Source: a virus
Reading direction: 5' to 3' (one strand)
Length of the DNA stretch: 47,457 nucleotides
Virus record (IMG/VR): IMGVR_UViG_3300031813_000041
Below, in pieces: positions 47,109 to 47,457 of the stretch. A program made the translations under genes and the position numbers. The notes below the pieces were generated by a model. That model saw only the letters and a program-made list of their open reading frames with translations, did not search any database and had not been told where the DNA came from. The stretch's first letter is position 1, and each line of letters starts with the position of its first letter.

Positions 47109-47416
47109 TTGTATTCAATGTGTCCGTTGTCAAATGCCCAGTCCAAAGTTCTCTCAAAACCTCTTTGCCAGAACTCATCCATATCAGCAGGTGATAAGTG
47201 GGTGTGAATCCTTCCATCTATTGCATCATGGCAGCTAGAGCAAGCATGAGCAACGTAGTAGTCACGAGCCTTGAAACCCATTCCTTTACCATGACGGACC
47301 TTATTGCTATGAGCGCATATGGTAGTTGCTGGATCATGATTGCAGACTCCAGGTATGCGAATTTTACAATCCTCCCCCCTTGCGAGAGAAAGATACTTCT
47401 TGGATCTAAATGTCAT
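47105..47416 (-). CDS. ybcO: YbcO-like DUF1364 protein (putative nuclease)
   Basis: ARGEDCKIRIPGVCNHDPATTICAH and ACSSCHDAIDGR resemble E. coli YbcO ARGRECQVRIPGVCNGNPETSVLAH and ACSACHDEIDRR (from memory). The 5' end lies in the terminal repeat. Confidence 0.75.
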   Translation of the reverse strand: MTFRSKKYLSLARGEDCKIRIPGVCNHDPATTICAHSNKVRHGKGMGFKARDYYVAHACSSCHDAIDGRIHTHLSPADMDEFWQRGFERTLDWAFDNGHIEYK

Positions 47417-47457
47417 GCTCTGCCTTAAATGCCTCTACATACTCTATCAAAGAAGAT
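47331..47457. repeat. 127-bp terminal direct repeat (copy 2), identical to 1..127
   Basis: Same string as 1..127; the ybcO-like start and the ninB stop lie inside it. Confidence 0.95.

Overview
The window is a complete tailed-phage genome. The first 127 bp (1..127) are identical to the last 127 bp (47331..47457), so the contig closes on itself with about 47,330 bp of unique sequence. I see four transcription blocks.

1. **Leftward replication and nin-like operon.** It runs from about 3562 across the contig junction to 45241. It encodes a Zn-ribbon protein, an intein-containing SF2 helicase, a DnaB-N-like protein, NinB, YbcO/DUF1364, a frameshifted PAPS-reductase-like gene, a PD-(D/E)XK nuclease, DUF3310 and MazG.
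2. **Rightward early operon, 4120..11594.** It encodes ThyX, an RHH protein, an Erf annealase, a mini-SSB-like protein, a Gly-Tyr/Gly-Asp repeat protein, a RecE-like exonuclease, tRNA-Gln(UUG) and a SAM methyltransferase.
3. **Leftward late operon, 41829..11572.** It encodes TerS, TerL, portal, a MuF-like protein, scaffold and major capsid. Next come sheath, tube, a chaperone with a T8 slippery site, and a tape measure with an SLT domain. The operon continues with baseplate genes, two tail-fibre modules each followed by a poly-glycine protein, and an embedded lysis cassette. It ends with a secreted HNH nuclease and a GT1 glycosyltransferase.
4. **Short rightward operon, 42594..45039.** It encodes an acidic protein, a beta-clamp-like protein, a Zn-ribbon protein and a RepL-like initiator, and is followed by 20-bp-phased iterons.

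I recognised no integrase, repressor, polymerase or primase.

The observations most worth follow-up:
- A helicase intein whose HNH homing endonuclease lies in the +1 frame, while the intein frame stays open across it.
- A RepL-like initiator interrupted by an in-frame TGA next to iterons.
- A (Gly-Tyr/Asp/Asn)n protein encoded by an in-frame hexanucleotide microsatellite inside the recombination module.
- A 973-aa GXT collagen-like fibre close to glycosyltransferase and methyltransferase genes.
- Two large non-coding regions (3563..4119 and 41830..42593) with structure or repeat content.

All homology statements rest on motifs I recognised by eye and remembered family signatures. No database search was run.
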